From positions 1 to 64,000 of the IMG/VR virus record IMGVR_UViG_3300032303_002003: a stretch of DNA of 64,000 bases, one strand, 5' to 3'. This document shows, piece by piece, positions 10,636 through 21,411 of this stretch (its first letter is position 1; every line of letters starts with the position of its first letter). A program made the translations under genes and the position numbers. The notes below the pieces were generated by a model that saw nothing but the letters and a program-made list of their open reading frames with translations, had not been told where the DNA came from and searched no databases. The DNA is from a virus. Its lineage: Duplodnaviria > Caudoviricetes.

Positions 10636-11394
10636 ATGGATAAAACATTAAGAGAAAAAATAATAAAAGAATACATATCCGGTAAAAGTTCAATAACAAT
10701 TGCTAAAGAATTAAATACCTACAAGCAAGGAGTTTTAAAGGTAATTAAAGATGCTGAATTAACAAGAAAAAGAGATAGGTGTGAATCATTAGATATAATT
10801 AATGATGATGATAAATTCTATGTTAAAAGAAAATGTCCTATGTGTAGAGAAGACATTAAAACAATATCAAAAGATAAGACAATTGCGTGTAGAAATCATT
10901 TTAGAAAATTAAATGGTACTTCATTATGTAAACCCTGCTCTTTAAAATTACAAGAAGGAAAGGGTAATCCTTTTTATGGAAAAAAGCACACAAAAGAAAC
11001 TTTATCACTATTATCCAAAACAATATCTGAAAACCCACCAAGACAAAATTCGGTTTCAAATAAAGAAAAAAAACTTTTAACTGAAATTAAAAAATTAAAA
11101 TACAAACCAATTGGTTCATTTCCGGTTGATAAATACATTTGTGACATATACATAAAAGAATTAAATTTAATAATAGAATTTAACGGGGATTACTGGCATT
11201 GCAACCCTAAAAAATATGATGAAGATTATTTTCATCCTCATAAAAAGAAAACGGCTAAAGAAATATGGAAAGAAGATAAAATCAGAGTTGATAATATTAA
11301 GAAATATGGTTATAATTTAATGATAATTTGGGAGTGTGATTTTGAAAAACCAAATTATGTTAAAAATATAATCAAAAAATATGTCAAAAATTAA
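10636..11394 (+). CDS. Putative homing endonuclease (HTH + Zn ribbon + NUMOD3 + Vsr/DUF559-like nuclease)
   Basis: GKGNPFYGKKHTKET NUMOD3; CPMC/CKPC; DIYI..IIEFNGDYWH...IIWE; start reassigned to ATG 10636, 4 nt after TATTTAT. Confidence 0.8.
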   Translation: MDKTLREKIIKEYISGKSSITIAKELNTYKQGVLKVIKDAELTRKRDRCESLDIINDDDKFYVKRKCPMCREDIKTISKDKTIACRNHFRKLNGTSLCKPCSLKLQEGKGNPFYGKKHTKETLSLLSKTISENPPRQNSVSNKEKKLLTEIKKLKYKPIGSFPVDKYICDIYIKELNLIIEFNGDYWHCNPKKYDEDYFHPHKKKTAKEIWKEDKIRVDNIKKYGYNLMIIWECDFEKPNYVKNIIKKYVKN

Positions 11395-12595
11395 AGTATT
11401 AGCTTTACCCTCAGATTCTACCGGAGTTGGAAAATTTAGAAGTGTTGACCCCCACGTTTTCTTACAGAACCTATATGGTGATGAATTTCACGTAGATATT
11501 GTATTTCAACCAGATGTTAATGATATGAACTTTTGGAAACAATATCAGATTGTGGTGTTTCACAGAAGTATTACACCTGATTTTGAAGCATCACTTCAAA
11601 TTATTGCAAAACTCAAATCGATGGGTATTGTTACAATATGTGATTTGGATGATTATTGGATGCCAGGAAAAGAACATCCTATTCACGATATCATTAGAGT
11701 TAATAAAATTAACGAAAAGATTGTTGCAAATCTTAAAGTTGCGGATTACGTAACAACAACTACAACAATATTTGCGGATGAAATTAAAAAGATTAATCCA
11801 AATGTTTTTATTTTTCCAAACGCAATCAATCCAAAAGAACCACAATTTTGTGAACCAACACCTGAATCAGATAGATTAAGAATTGGTTGGTTAGGAGGTT
11901 CTTCGCATCTTCACGATTTACAATTATTAGACCAATCATTTAGTAAATTATCGTCATTTCAAGACAGAATGCAGTTCGTTCTTTGTGGATTTGATACAAG
12001 AGGTACTATGACCGAAATCAATCAAGAAACGGGAGAACAAAAGAAAAGAAATATCTTACCACACGAAACTGTTTGGGTTGCATACGAAAAAATCTTTACA
12101 CAAAACTACTCAAACGTTACACCTGAATATAAAAAATTCTTGGATAATTTTAAGGATGAAGTTTACACAAATGAAAAAAATGAAGGATATGTTAGAGTAT
12201 GGACAAAACCTGTAACATCTTATGCAAGGAATTATTCAAAATTTGACGTATCTTTGTCTCCAATCAAAAATGTTATCTTTAACAGAGTTAAATCTCAATT
12301 AAAAGTTATTGAGGCAGGATTTTACAAGAAAGCAATTATCGCCTCAAATATTGGACCTTACACAATAGATTTGGTACATTGTCTAGATAATGGTAAATTT
12401 GTGGATGGAAACGCACTTCTTGTTGATGAAAACAGAAACCATAGTGATTGGGCTAAGTTTATTGAGAAGTTGATTAAGAACCCAAATATGGCAAAAGATA
12501 TGGGAGAGAGATTATATGAAACGGTTAAAGACACATATGATTTAAATGTTGTAACAAAAAATAGAGCAGAATTTTATAAAAGTTTAATTAAATGA
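11381..12595 (+). CDS. Glycosyltransferase (GT-B fold)
   Basis: DLDDYW, IGWLGGSSHLHDL, FNRVKSQLKVIEAG, IIASNIGPY motifs. Confidence 0.8.
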   Translation: MSKIKVLALPSDSTGVGKFRSVDPHVFLQNLYGDEFHVDIVFQPDVNDMNFWKQYQIVVFHRSITPDFEASLQIIAKLKSMGIVTICDLDDYWMPGKEHPIHDIIRVNKINEKIVANLKVADYVTTTTTIFADEIKKINPNVFIFPNAINPKEPQFCEPTPESDRLRIGWLGGSSHLHDLQLLDQSFSKLSSFQDRMQFVLCGFDTRGTMTEINQETGEQKKRNILPHETVWVAYEKIFTQNYSNVTPEYKKFLDNFKDEVYTNEKNEGYVRVWTKPVTSYARNYSKFDVSLSPIKNVIFNRVKSQLKVIEAGFYKKAIIASNIGPYTIDLVHCLDNGKFVDGNALLVDENRNHSDWAKFIEKLIKNPNMAKDMGERLYETVKDTYDLNVVTKNRAEFYKSLIK

Positions 12596-13293
12596 TAAAA
12601 ACACCTTTAACAAAGATTTTATTCTTGGATATTGAAACGGTTGGTGGTTGTAAAAACTATGAAACTTGTAAAAAAACAAATCCAAAAGTTGCGGAACAAT
12701 ATATAAAATATGTTGATTGGTTTCAAAAAAGATTTCCTGAAGATTCGGAACTATCTTTAGATTCTATTTTTGTTAAAAGGGCGGCACTTGTTCCTGAATT
12801 TGCAAAAATAGTTTGTGTTAGTGTGGCGTTTGTTACCGATAAAGATGAGATTAAAACTCAAACCTTTTCAGGTGATGATGAAAAACAATTATTAAAGGAC
12901 TGCCAAACTCTTTTAAATAGGTGTGGTAAATTAGATTTTTATCTTTGTGGACACAACTTAAAGAACTTTGATATACCTATGCTTGCAAAAAGAATGATTA
13001 TCAACGGACTTATGCCACCATCATTACTTCCAAGTTATGATACAAAACCTTGGGAAATTAAAGCGATTGACACCAAAGAAATATGGCAATACGGGGCGTA
13101 TACATCAATAGGTTCATTAGATTTACTTTGTAGTACTATGGATATACCAACACCTAAAGATGGCGCGGTTAATGGGGAGAGTGTACACGACGCATATTGG
13201 AATAAAAATATGTTAAAAGAGATTGTTGACTATTGTGAGAAAGATGTTAAAGTGTTAATTGATATAATAAAAAAATTAAAAACATTAGAATAA
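12592..13293 (+). CDS. PolB-related 3'-5' exonuclease (DEDDy)
   Basis: FLDIET, GHNLKNFDIP, YCEKDV exo I/II/III motifs. Confidence 0.85.
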   Translation: MIKTPLTKILFLDIETVGGCKNYETCKKTNPKVAEQYIKYVDWFQKRFPEDSELSLDSIFVKRAALVPEFAKIVCVSVAFVTDKDEIKTQTFSGDDEKQLLKDCQTLLNRCGKLDFYLCGHNLKNFDIPMLAKRMIINGLMPPSLLPSYDTKPWEIKAIDTKEIWQYGAYTSIGSLDLLCSTMDIPTPKDGAVNGESVHDAYWNKNMLKEIVDYCEKDVKVLIDIIKKLKTLE

Positions 13294-13294
13294 T

Positions 13295-13900
13295 ATGATT
13301 GATGAAAAACAATTAGAAGAAATTAAAGCTCAGTTTGGTAAAATTTTAGAAAATGAAGATTTTACACCTGACGAGCAATACGGTAGAGAATTAGAAGAGT
13401 TTATAAATATGAATTTTGGTGAGGACTTTGAAAATGAGGTTAATAGGTCAATAAGAACTAAAACAATTAAAGTTAAAAAACTACATTCGGACTCTGTTTA
13501 CCCAAAATACAATTATCCAACGGATTCAGGATTTGATTTACACTCAGTTGAAGAAGTTATTATTCCTCCTTTTGGCAGAGCATTAGTACCAACAGGGTTG
13601 TCTTTTCAATTTGAAGAAGGACTTGAAATTCAAGTTAGACCAAAAAGTGGGTTGGCAATCAATCAAGGATTAACTGTTTTAAATACACCTGGAACAGTAG
13701 ACCAAGGATATAGTGGTGAGATTAAAGTCATAATCTTTAACACCAATAATTCAACAGTTACAATACCAAAAGGAATGAAAATAGGACAAGCAGTTTTATG
13801 TCCTGTATTAAACGGTAAATTTGTTGAGTTTGAAGATGTGGACGAATTTAATGAAACAGATAGAGGAAATAACGGTTTTGGTTCAACAGGAATAATTTAA
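13295..13900 (+). CDS. dut: dUTPase (trimeric) with acidic N-terminal extension
   Basis: SGFDL, RPKSGLA, GTVDQGYSGE, GQAV, RGNNGFGSTG motifs. Confidence 0.95.
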   Translation: MIDEKQLEEIKAQFGKILENEDFTPDEQYGRELEEFINMNFGEDFENEVNRSIRTKTIKVKKLHSDSVYPKYNYPTDSGFDLHSVEEVIIPPFGRALVPTGLSFQFEEGLEIQVRPKSGLAINQGLTVLNTPGTVDQGYSGEIKVIIFNTNNSTVTIPKGMKIGQAVLCPVLNGKFVEFEDVDEFNETDRGNNGFGSTGII

Positions 13901-13904
13901 TTTT

Positions 13905-15338
13905 ATGATAACAATAGGATACAGTACAAGAAAACACAACCCTGAATATCAAGAATACTTACAAAAAACCTGTATGTATAAAGAGGTTCAAATTATTGAA
14001 AAAATAAATAATGGCGATAAATCATTATCACAAGTTTATAATGAAATATTATCAGAGTCTGAACACGATATAGTTGTTTTATGCCACGATGATTTAGAAT
14101 TTGATACCAATAAATGGGGTGATAAACTTTTAAAAAGTTTTGAAAAGAATCCTGAATATGGTATTTTAGGATTGGCAGGAACAAAGTATTTAGATGTTTC
14201 CGCACAATGGTGGAAAGTTCGTGAAACTATGTATGGTATTGTTAATCATAAACACGAAGGAAAAAAATGGACCTCACAATATTCTCAAAACATTAACGAT
14301 AAAATTGAAGAAGTTATCATAGTTGATGGGTTATTTATCGCAATAGATAAAACAAAAATCAAACATAATTTTGACGAATCAATTGAAGGGTTTCATTTTT
14401 ATGATTTAGGGTTCTGTTTACCAAATTATTTAAATGGTGTTAAAGTAGGTGTTATATTTAACAACAGAATAACACATTTATCTATAGGACAAACAAACGA
14501 AAAGTGGGAACAAAATAGAATTGAATTTTCAAAAAAATACGAACAAAACTTACCAATTGACATAACAAAAACTGAAGATTTTTCTGAGACGTTTATTTTT
14601 GTTCACGACCAAAATCTTATTCTTCAATTTGAAGAAAACAATAAATTTAGTAATTTAAAAAATTATAAATATGTTTTCTTAGGTAAGAGAGAAATAGACA
14701 AAATTGAAAATAATCATAATGTTATAATTGCAAGAAATTATGAAGATAATTTAGAAGATTATCCTCTTTTCACTTCATATACAGGTTGGTATATTTTATG
14801 GAAATATAATTTGATTAGTAAAAAATACGTTAATTTATTTGAATATGACGTAGTTCTAAACGATTATTTAGAACAGATACAATCAAAAATTTATTATGAA
14901 AATTACGATATGATTGGTTATGTTCCATTTCCAACATCAAACTTTCATTTTATAGATAATAAAGATTGGGTTGAAAATATTTTTCCAGCAATTAAAAAAA
15001 TACATAAAACTGATATTGAAAGGACATTAAGAATGATGATGTCTAAAAATCCAAACTTACTTTGGTCAAGTACAAGTAATACTACATTTAGAAATGATAT
15101 CTTTGATGAATTTATGAAATGGTTTGAACCTGTTGGTAATGAAATTAAGGAAACAAAAACCTGTGGTCACGCTCACGAAAGAGCAATTTCATTTTTTTAT
15201 ATGACTAAAAATAAAAAAATGGGATTAACTCAAGGACTATTACAACACTTACAAATGGATTCACATAAAACTCAAGGACACGAAGTTAATTATGAGGATA
15301 ATATAAATAAATTAATGAATAAGTATGAAATATCTTAG
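13905..15338 (+). CDS. Two-domain glycosyltransferase (GT-A)
   Basis: VLCHDDLEF DxD-like motif, VDGLFIA, FHFYD; second domain with FEYDV and HAHERA. Confidence 0.7.
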   Translation: MITIGYSTRKHNPEYQEYLQKTCMYKEVQIIEKINNGDKSLSQVYNEILSESEHDIVVLCHDDLEFDTNKWGDKLLKSFEKNPEYGILGLAGTKYLDVSAQWWKVRETMYGIVNHKHEGKKWTSQYSQNINDKIEEVIIVDGLFIAIDKTKIKHNFDESIEGFHFYDLGFCLPNYLNGVKVGVIFNNRITHLSIGQTNEKWEQNRIEFSKKYEQNLPIDITKTEDFSETFIFVHDQNLILQFEENNKFSNLKNYKYVFLGKREIDKIENNHNVIIARNYEDNLEDYPLFTSYTGWYILWKYNLISKKYVNLFEYDVVLNDYLEQIQSKIYYENYDMIGYVPFPTSNFHFIDNKDWVENIFPAIKKIHKTDIERTLRMMMSKNPNLLWSSTSNTTFRNDIFDEFMKWFEPVGNEIKETKTCGHAHERAISFFYMTKNKKMGLTQGLLQHLQMDSHKTQGHEVNYEDNINKLMNKYEIS

Positions 15339-15984
15339 TTTTAGTATATGGGGCGATAAACCAATCTATAATGTAGGAATAATTAGAAATGCTGAGTTAT
15401 GGAAATCAATATATCCAGATTGGAAAATGATTGTTTATTATGACAATACTGTTCCAAAAGAAACTGTTGAAATATTAAATAGTTTAGACGTTTTAACTAT
15501 AAAAATAGAAAACTTTGATTACGGTTGTTTTTGGAGGTTTTTTGCTTCGGACATACCCGATTGTGAATATGTTATTTTTAGAGATGCAGATTCTAGAATA
15601 AATGATAGAGAAAAAGAAGCGGTTGATGAATGGATTAAAAGTAAAAAATCTATTCACGTTATGAGAGACCATCCATATCACGGGGTTCCGGCGGGTAATA
15701 ACCAAATAGGTATTTTGGCGGGAATGTGGGGAATAAAAGGAAATATAATACCAATTACTGAAATGATTAAAAAATTTGTAGTTGGTAAACATAATTCATA
15801 TGGAATTGACCAAACTTTTTTAAAAACCATCTATTCAATATTTCAAGAAGATAGATTGACTCACGATGATTTTTTCGAAAAAAAACCATTTCCATCAATA
15901 AGAAAAACATTTAGATTTATTGGAGAAAGAATTAATATTGATGAAACCCCCTCAACAGAAGATTGGAAATTAATTAAAATATAA
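15325..15984 (+). CDS. Putative glycosyltransferase (GT-A-like)
   Basis: SFSIWG, FWRF, FRDADSR, MRDHPYH, ILAGMWG, DQTFL. Confidence 0.55.
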   Translation: MKYLSFSIWGDKPIYNVGIIRNAELWKSIYPDWKMIVYYDNTVPKETVEILNSLDVLTIKIENFDYGCFWRFFASDIPDCEYVIFRDADSRINDREKEAVDEWIKSKKSIHVMRDHPYHGVPAGNNQIGILAGMWGIKGNIIPITEMIKKFVVGKHNSYGIDQTFLKTIYSIFQEDRLTHDDFFEKKPFPSIRKTFRFIGERINIDETPSTEDWKLIKI

Positions 15985-16667
15985 TGGAAGAAATATTTAT
16001 ACACCAACATTTAGGTTTAGGGGACCATATAATTTGTAATGGATTAATTAGAAATTTATATAAAAAATACAAAAAAATTAATCTTTTTGTTAAAAGAAAT
16101 AATATTTTAAATGTTTCTTTTATGTTTAAAGATTTATTTAATTTAAACATATTACCGGTTAATACCGACGAGGATGTTTACCGTGACTTTAATAATAAAG
16201 TTTTAAGAATTGGTTTTGAAAATTTAAATAATTTAATTCAAAACCATTCTATAGGTTGGGATGAGGCTTTTTACAAACAATTAGATATTCCTTTTAACGA
16301 CAGATGGGATTTATTTTTTATTGAAAGAGATTTAAAAGGAGAAGAGAATTTGTATAAAAAATTAAATCCAAATAATGTAAAATATTCACTAATTCATTCT
16401 ACGGGTAGTGACGGTGTTAATAGAATAGATTACTCAAAAATAAATAAAAATTTATTACAAATAGAAATCAAAAAAGAAAATACTAATAATATTTTCAATT
16501 ATCTATTATTATTAGAAAACGCAGACGAAATCCATTGTATTGACTCTTCATTTTTACATTTATCGGATTCAGTAATCACTAATGGAGACTTGTTTTATCA
16601 CAATTTGAAAAAAACCAGAAATATTAATGAATCTCATAAACAAAAAAAAACATGGAAAAAAATTTAA
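15984..16667 (+). CDS. Putative glycosyltransferase (GT-B-like)
   Basis: HLGLGDHIICNG and IHCIDSSFLHL resemble GT9-like motifs. Confidence 0.55.
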   Translation: MEEIFIHQHLGLGDHIICNGLIRNLYKKYKKINLFVKRNNILNVSFMFKDLFNLNILPVNTDEDVYRDFNNKVLRIGFENLNNLIQNHSIGWDEAFYKQLDIPFNDRWDLFFIERDLKGEENLYKKLNPNNVKYSLIHSTGSDGVNRIDYSKINKNLLQIEIKKENTNNIFNYLLLLENADEIHCIDSSFLHLSDSVITNGDLFYHNLKKTRNINESHKQKKTWKKI

Positions 16668-16668
16668 A

Positions 16669-18042
16669 ATGAAACTCATAATATTTGATTTAGATGGTGT
16701 GCTTGTTGAGGCAAAACAAATTCATTACGAAACTCTTAACCAATCTCTATTTGAATTAACAAATAGTGATAAGTATATTATAACACAATCAGAACATCTA
16801 TCAATTTATGATGGTTTAAAAACTTCTCAAAAGTTAGAATTATTAACCGAAAAAAAAGGACTTCCTGTTGACTCATATGATACAATATGGAATAGAAAAC
16901 AAGAATTAACAATAAAATCAATATCTAATTTAACACCAAACAAACAATTAATACCTCTTTTTCAAATTTTAAGAGAGCATGAATACAAAATTGCTTGCTG
17001 TTCAAATTCAATACGACGTTCGGTTTTAGTTATGTTATCAAAAATAGGATTAATTGAATATATGGATTTAATCCTTTCAAACGAAGACGTTAAAAATTCT
17101 AAACCTCACCCTGAAATATATTGGAAAGCAATGAGTATTATGGGTGTATTACCCGAAGAGACATTAATTGTTGAAGACTCTCCACCAGGATTATTAGCTG
17201 CGAGTAGAAGCAGGGCCAATATTTTACGAGTAAATTCACCAAACGATTTGACACTTTCAAATATTTTCAATAAATTGGAAAAGAAAAATAATATAATGAA
17301 AATACCAAAATGGCAAGGAGGGAAATTAAACGTACTAATACCAATGGCTGGCGCAGGAAGTAGATTTCAGAAAGCTGGATACACCTTTCCAAAACCTTTA
17401 ATAGATGTTAAGGGTAAACCAATGATACAAGTTATTATTGATAATCTTAATATAGATGCAACATATATTTTTGTAGTACAAAAAGAGCATAGAATAAAAT
17501 ATAATTTAGACACATTACTTAATTTAATAACACCAAATTGTAAAATTGTTGAAGTTGATAGATTAACTGAAGGTGCGGCCTGTACCACTTTGTTAGCCAA
17601 AGAGTATATAAATAACGACTCTCCTTTAGTTATGGCGAATTCTGACCAATTTATTGAGTGGGATAGTAATGAATTTATGTATAAAATGATTGAACATAAA
17701 GTTGACGGAGGAATTGTAACATTTACATCAACACATCCAAAATGGTCTTTTGTTAAATTAGAAGAAAATGGTTTAATTAGTGAAGTTGCAGAAAAAAATC
17801 CAATTTCAGACATCGCAACGGTTGGGATTTACTATTGGGCTAAAGGTAGTGACTATGTTAAATACTCGGAACAAATGATTGAAAAAAATATTAGAGTAAA
17901 TAATGAGTTCTATGTTTGTCCTGTTTTTAATGAGGCAATAAAAGATGGTAAAAAAATAAAAACGTATCACGTAAAAGAAATGTGGGGGATTGGTACTCCT
18001 GAGGACTTAGATTTCTTTTTAGAAAAAAAATACATTCAATAA
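16669..18042 (+). CDS. HAD phosphatase - sugar-phosphate nucleotidyltransferase fusion
   Basis: FDLDGVL, KPHPEIY, VEDS then IPMAGAGSRF..PKPLI..GTPEDL. Confidence 0.85.
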   Translation: MKLIIFDLDGVLVEAKQIHYETLNQSLFELTNSDKYIITQSEHLSIYDGLKTSQKLELLTEKKGLPVDSYDTIWNRKQELTIKSISNLTPNKQLIPLFQILREHEYKIACCSNSIRRSVLVMLSKIGLIEYMDLILSNEDVKNSKPHPEIYWKAMSIMGVLPEETLIVEDSPPGLLAASRSRANILRVNSPNDLTLSNIFNKLEKKNNIMKIPKWQGGKLNVLIPMAGAGSRFQKAGYTFPKPLIDVKGKPMIQVIIDNLNIDATYIFVVQKEHRIKYNLDTLLNLITPNCKIVEVDRLTEGAACTTLLAKEYINNDSPLVMANSDQFIEWDSNEFMYKMIEHKVDGGIVTFTSTHPKWSFVKLEENGLISEVAEKNPISDIATVGIYYWAKGSDYVKYSEQMIEKNIRVNNEFYVCPVFNEAIKDGKKIKTYHVKEMWGIGTPEDLDFFLEKKYIQ

Positions 18043-18055
18043 AATTAAATAAGAT

Positions 18056-19159
18056 ATGAATATAGTAATACCAATGGCCGGATTAGGTACCAGATTTTCA
18101 AATGAAGGATTTGACTTACCTAAACCTCTAATTGAAGTTGGGGGTAAAACATTAATTGAACATTCAATAGATTCATTAAACTTAAACGGAAAATATATTT
18201 TTATTACTAGAAAATATGAGAACAAAACTCATAATATTTTATTATCTGAAATATTAAAAAAAATAAAGCCTGATAGTATTGAAATTATTATAGATGAGAT
18301 TACTAGTGGCTCTGTTGAAACTTGTTTAATGTCCACGGAATACATTAATAATGAAATACCACTAATAATAACTAATTGTGACCAAAGATTAGAATGGGAT
18401 AGTGATTTATTTTTAGAGTTTATAAAGAATGAGGATTTAGATGGAATACTATTAACATATGAGTCTGATAATCCCAAAAATAGTTTTTGTTCAATAAATT
18501 CAAATAATCTTATTGACAAAGTAGTTGAAAAACAAATAATATCAAAAACAGCTTTAGTTGGATTACATTATTGGTCCAAAGGGTCAGATTTTATTAACTC
18601 GGCTAAAAAATTGTTTGAGTCATTTAAAAATGACGGTAAACCGGAATGTTATATTTCAGAAACGTTTAATTTCTTAATTAAAGAAGGTAAAAAAATAAAG
18701 TCATTTGAAATATCACCCAATGAATATATTTCTTTAGGTACTCCATATGATTTAAGTATTTTCCAATCAAAAATAAAAGAATTTTATACCGAAAAACCTA
18801 AAACAATATTTTGTGATATTGATGGTACAATTTTACATCATGTACATAAATTCAGTGATGTGTGTTTTGTTGAACCTAAATTATTAGATGGCGTTAGAAA
18901 TAAATTTAATGAGTGGGATTCCCAAGGACATAAAATAGTGTTATGTACCGCAAGAAAAGAATCCGGAAGAGAAATAACTGAAAAACATTTAAAACAATTG
19001 GGATTATGTTGGGATTACTTAATTATGGGGGTTAGTGGGGGTGTTAGAGTTTTAATTAACGACAAATTAAATAAAATGGATGATAATAGAGCGGTTTCAA
19101 TTAATGTGATAACTAATGAAGGATTTGAAAAAATAGATTGGAAAAAGTATAAACTATAA
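18056..19159 (+). CDS. Nucleotidyltransferase - HAD phosphatase fusion
   Basis: IPMAGLGTRF..PKPLI..LGTPYDL then FCDIDGT..CTAR..IND. Confidence 0.85.
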   Translation: MNIVIPMAGLGTRFSNEGFDLPKPLIEVGGKTLIEHSIDSLNLNGKYIFITRKYENKTHNILLSEILKKIKPDSIEIIIDEITSGSVETCLMSTEYINNEIPLIITNCDQRLEWDSDLFLEFIKNEDLDGILLTYESDNPKNSFCSINSNNLIDKVVEKQIISKTALVGLHYWSKGSDFINSAKKLFESFKNDGKPECYISETFNFLIKEGKKIKSFEISPNEYISLGTPYDLSIFQSKIKEFYTEKPKTIFCDIDGTILHHVHKFSDVCFVEPKLLDGVRNKFNEWDSQGHKIVLCTARKESGREITEKHLKQLGLCWDYLIMGVSGGVRVLINDKLNKMDDNRAVSINVITNEGFEKIDWKKYKL

Positions 19160-19160
19160 T

Positions 19161-19487
19161 ATGAAAACATATAGATACGAAAATATGAAAGGCGGGTGGT
19201 TTGTTGGAAATTTTGAACCTTCGTGTTATAACACAGAACTTTTTGAAGTTTCATTTAAAACACATAAAAAAGATGAAAATTGGGATTATCATTATCACCA
19301 TACAGTGACTGAAATAAATCTTTTGGTTAGAGGTAAAATGATATTACAAGATAAAGAATTAGTGTCCGGGGATATATTTTTATTAGAACCATTTGAAATT
19401 GCTGACCCAAAGTTTTTAGAAGATTGTGAAATAGTTTGTGTTAAAACAAAATCAATAAATGATAAAATTAAATTTAAAATAATATGA
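19161..19487 (+). CDS. Cupin-fold protein
   Basis: GWFVGNF, HYHHTVTEINLLVRG..GDIFLLEP. Confidence 0.7.
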   Translation: MKTYRYENMKGGWFVGNFEPSCYNTELFEVSFKTHKKDENWDYHYHHTVTEINLLVRGKMILQDKELVSGDIFLLEPFEIADPKFLEDCEIVCVKTKSINDKIKFKII

Positions 19488-20212
19488 ACCAAGAATTAAA
19501 TACAAGGTTACAAAACGAATTAAGAAGAGGTGGCATTGTGAGTAATAGATTAAAATATGTGATTGATAAATGTAACTTATCTAACGTAAACGAAATTTTA
19601 GATATAGGTTCTTGGCATCTTGAACAATCATTAGAATTAAATAGACTTTTCCCTAATTCTAATGTTACTGCGTTTGAGCCAGTGCCGGAATCGTACCAAC
19701 AATGTGTCAATAAAAGAAATTCATTAACTGAGGATATTAAATCAAAAATTAGTATTTTTAATTTAGCAATTTCAGATTTTAATGGTGAAGCACCTTTTTA
19801 TCCTGTTGACTTGTTAACAAGTAGTCATCCAAATATAGGGGCATCCTCTTTGTTAAAATTTAAAGAGGGATTAAATGGTAGTTTTTTCAATCAGACATGG
19901 AACCAAAAAGAAATTATAGTAGACTGCTCAACATTAGACGATTGGTGTAATTTTAATAATAAAAAAGTAATTGATATTATATGGATTGACGTACAAGGTG
20001 CGGAGCTTAATGTTTTTAAAGGTGCGGAAAACACACTAAAAAACACAAAAGTAATTTTTACAGAAGTTGGATTAAAACCATATTATGAAGGGCATTCTAT
20101 GAGAGATGATATTGATAATTTTTTAACTAATTTAGGATTTGTTGAAATAAAAGAGTCTTTTGAACTTAATGGATTTGATTACGAAGCAAATACAATTTAT
20201 ATTAAAAAATAA
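19484..20212 (+). CDS. FkbM-family methyltransferase
   Basis: LDIGS, AFEP, TLDDW, IDVQGAELNVFKG, IFTEV. Confidence 0.85.
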   Translation: MNQELNTRLQNELRRGGIVSNRLKYVIDKCNLSNVNEILDIGSWHLEQSLELNRLFPNSNVTAFEPVPESYQQCVNKRNSLTEDIKSKISIFNLAISDFNGEAPFYPVDLLTSSHPNIGASSLLKFKEGLNGSFFNQTWNQKEIIVDCSTLDDWCNFNNKKVIDIIWIDVQGAELNVFKGAENTLKNTKVIFTEVGLKPYYEGHSMRDDIDNFLTNLGFVEIKESFELNGFDYEANTIYIKK

Positions 20213-20215
20213 TTA

Positions 20216-20650
20216 ATGATATTAATTTCACATAGAGGAAACATTAATGGTAGGGTTGTTAATTTGGAAAATACTCCCGAATATATTGATAATGCAATAA
20301 GATTAAAATACGATGTTGAAGTAGATATTTGGTATATTGATGGTAAAATTTATTTGGGTCACGACGAACCTCAATATGAAATTAATTATGATTGGTTAAA
20401 TAGTAGACTCAATAAATTATGGATTCATTGTAAAAATGTAGAATCATTATCTTGGATTAAAAATACTGATTTACATTATTTTTGGCATGAATCTGATACC
20501 GTTGCGTTAACATCTAAAAATTATATTTGGGCATTTCCAGGTAAACAACCTATTAGCGATAGTATATCCGTTATGCCGGAGATAAATAATGACGATATAA
20601 CTAAATGTGTTGGGATTTGTTCTGACTATGTTTCAAAATATGATAAATGA
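20216..20650 (+). CDS. GDPD-like phosphodiesterase (short)
   Basis: ISHRGN..ENT..DVEVDIW..LGHD..HCKN..GICSD. Confidence 0.7.
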   Translation: MILISHRGNINGRVVNLENTPEYIDNAIRLKYDVEVDIWYIDGKIYLGHDEPQYEINYDWLNSRLNKLWIHCKNVESLSWIKNTDLHYFWHESDTVALTSKNYIWAFPGKQPISDSISVMPEINNDDITKCVGICSDYVSKYDK

Positions 20651-21411
20651 AAAAAACAATAATTTTTAGAGGGAGTGTAGTTTTCCCAAAACACCCACAA
20701 AATTTTTTAAAAAACTCAATAGAATCAATTAGAAAATGGTTTGATGGGGAGATTATTGTTTCTACTTGGAAGGGTCAAGAACAAAATTTAAATGAAATTA
20801 ATGATATAGATAAGGTTGTCTTATCAGAAGACCCGGGAGAAGGACCCGTTCAACAAATAAATAGACAGATTGTTTCATTTAGAAATGGTTTAGAATCATC
20901 TAATTCAGATTTAATTCTTGTTACAAGAACAGATGTTATACATAATATAAATATTTTTGATTTTTTTGATATTGATAAAAAAACAAATGATATATTAAAA
21001 ATATTTGAGAATAAAATAACAATTGGAAATATGATGTCTATAATACCGGGCTCATACGAACATCCTTCTAATTTTAGATTAGGTGATTGGTTTCATTTAG
21101 GTAAAATAAATGATTTAGATAAATGGTCAGATATTTCTGATATAGTGAATTCAAATGACATATCAAATCTACAATGTACTGAACAAATTTGGTCTTTATC
21201 AGTAATTAAAAAACAACTAAAAATTTTAAATAGTTTAAAAGATTATAATGAAATAGAAAAATATTCTTGGGAATATATACTTAATAATTTTAGTATTTGG
21301 AATACCAAATCAGACCTTAAAAGTGAAAATTTAAATTGGAAATTTCAACCTGAATTTATCAACTCTTATATTACAAGAGAATTATATTTAAAACAATTAA
21401 AAAATCAATGA
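20647..21411 (+). CDS. WavE-like polysaccharide modification protein
   Basis: EIIVSTW, DPG, NRQIVSFRNGL, TRTD, DWFHLG, EQ motifs. Confidence 0.65.
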   Translation: MKKTIIFRGSVVFPKHPQNFLKNSIESIRKWFDGEIIVSTWKGQEQNLNEINDIDKVVLSEDPGEGPVQQINRQIVSFRNGLESSNSDLILVTRTDVIHNINIFDFFDIDKKTNDILKIFENKITIGNMMSIIPGSYEHPSNFRLGDWFHLGKINDLDKWSDISDIVNSNDISNLQCTEQIWSLSVIKKQLKILNSLKDYNEIEKYSWEYILNNFSIWNTKSDLKSENLNWKFQPEFINSYITRELYLKQLKNQ

